A stretch of DNA of 63,191 nucleotides, the filler included, from Rhabdomonas costata (taxonomy: Eukaryota), in NCBI GenBank assembly GCA_019059605.1. It is 38 parts of 38 records of this genome, joined end to end, with 100 filler letters (N's around TTAATTAATTAA, not from the genome) between each part and the next. Parts side by side here need not be neighbours in the genome. Positions count along the whole stretch, not along the records: positions 61,627 to 63,191 come from JAHMHO010012936.1; 37 more parts are not named here. The stretch is one strand, 5' to 3'. The translations under genes were made by a program, and so were the position numbers. The notes under the pieces are model-generated. The model did not search any database, was not told where the DNA came from, and saw only the letters and a list, made by a program, of their open reading frames with translations. Positions 62,941 to 63,191 of the stretch are shown here, one piece after another (within the stretch, counting starts at the first letter, position 1; every line of letters starts with the position of its first letter).

Positions 62941-63191
62941 ATGGAGCTTTCCGAACGTTTTGTGTTGCTGCCGGTTCTGGGAATTGCCCCCCCCCCGCTA
63001 CTGCTGTGTCGGCACATTGTGCCAAACGATTTGATGCATTGCCTGCCCTTTTTGTCTGCACAGGGAAAGCATTGGAATCCCGTTTTTTTTGCAGGGGAAA
63101 TGTTCTTGCTGCTTGGTTCTGAAACAGCAAGAGCAGGCGATGTAAGTACTGCTGTGTCACCTTTCTTTATTGCTCGCTCTTCAACAAACAC

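Noticed and set aside
1..63191. Uniform 1.56-kb units with GT/CA ends as nanochromosomes or minicircles
   Set aside because: Genes are cut mid-exon, sizes fit length sorting, and the end motifs are irregular and primer-like.

Overview
This window is not continuous chromosome. It is a pseudomolecule of 38 unrelated contigs of about 1.56 kb each, joined by 37 artificial 100-bp spacers (44 N + TTAATTAATTAA + 44 N). Many contig ends carry G/T-only runs, and several carry TGGGTGTGTTTGG, which points to degenerate-primer whole-genome amplification. The DNA comes from an intron-rich eukaryote, probably a euglenozoan (inferred from the TOP2 motif ADCERSIPS, Cache-type receptors, GYWAG-type EGF repeats and a pyrimidine-tract AG before an ATG). 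Manual splicing recovers fragments of an ABCG transporter, CMC4, SRP72, APC1, a cullin, threonine aldolase, TOP2, TOP1, a WDR5-like WD40 protein, TEX10/Ipi1, a voltage-gated Ca/Na channel and three Cache-like receptors. It also recovers an intronless DMT transporter. The most notable items are a complete nucleoside-kinase/ricin beta-trefoil fusion gene, a 39-aa helical-repeat protein, a frameshifted bacterial-type glycosyltransferase, a TTAA-flanked MITE and a GC-AG intron. I found no rRNA, tRNA or CRISPR array. No multi-gene system can be inferred, because adjacent contigs are not genomic neighbours. All protein family calls are by recalled motifs, not database searches.
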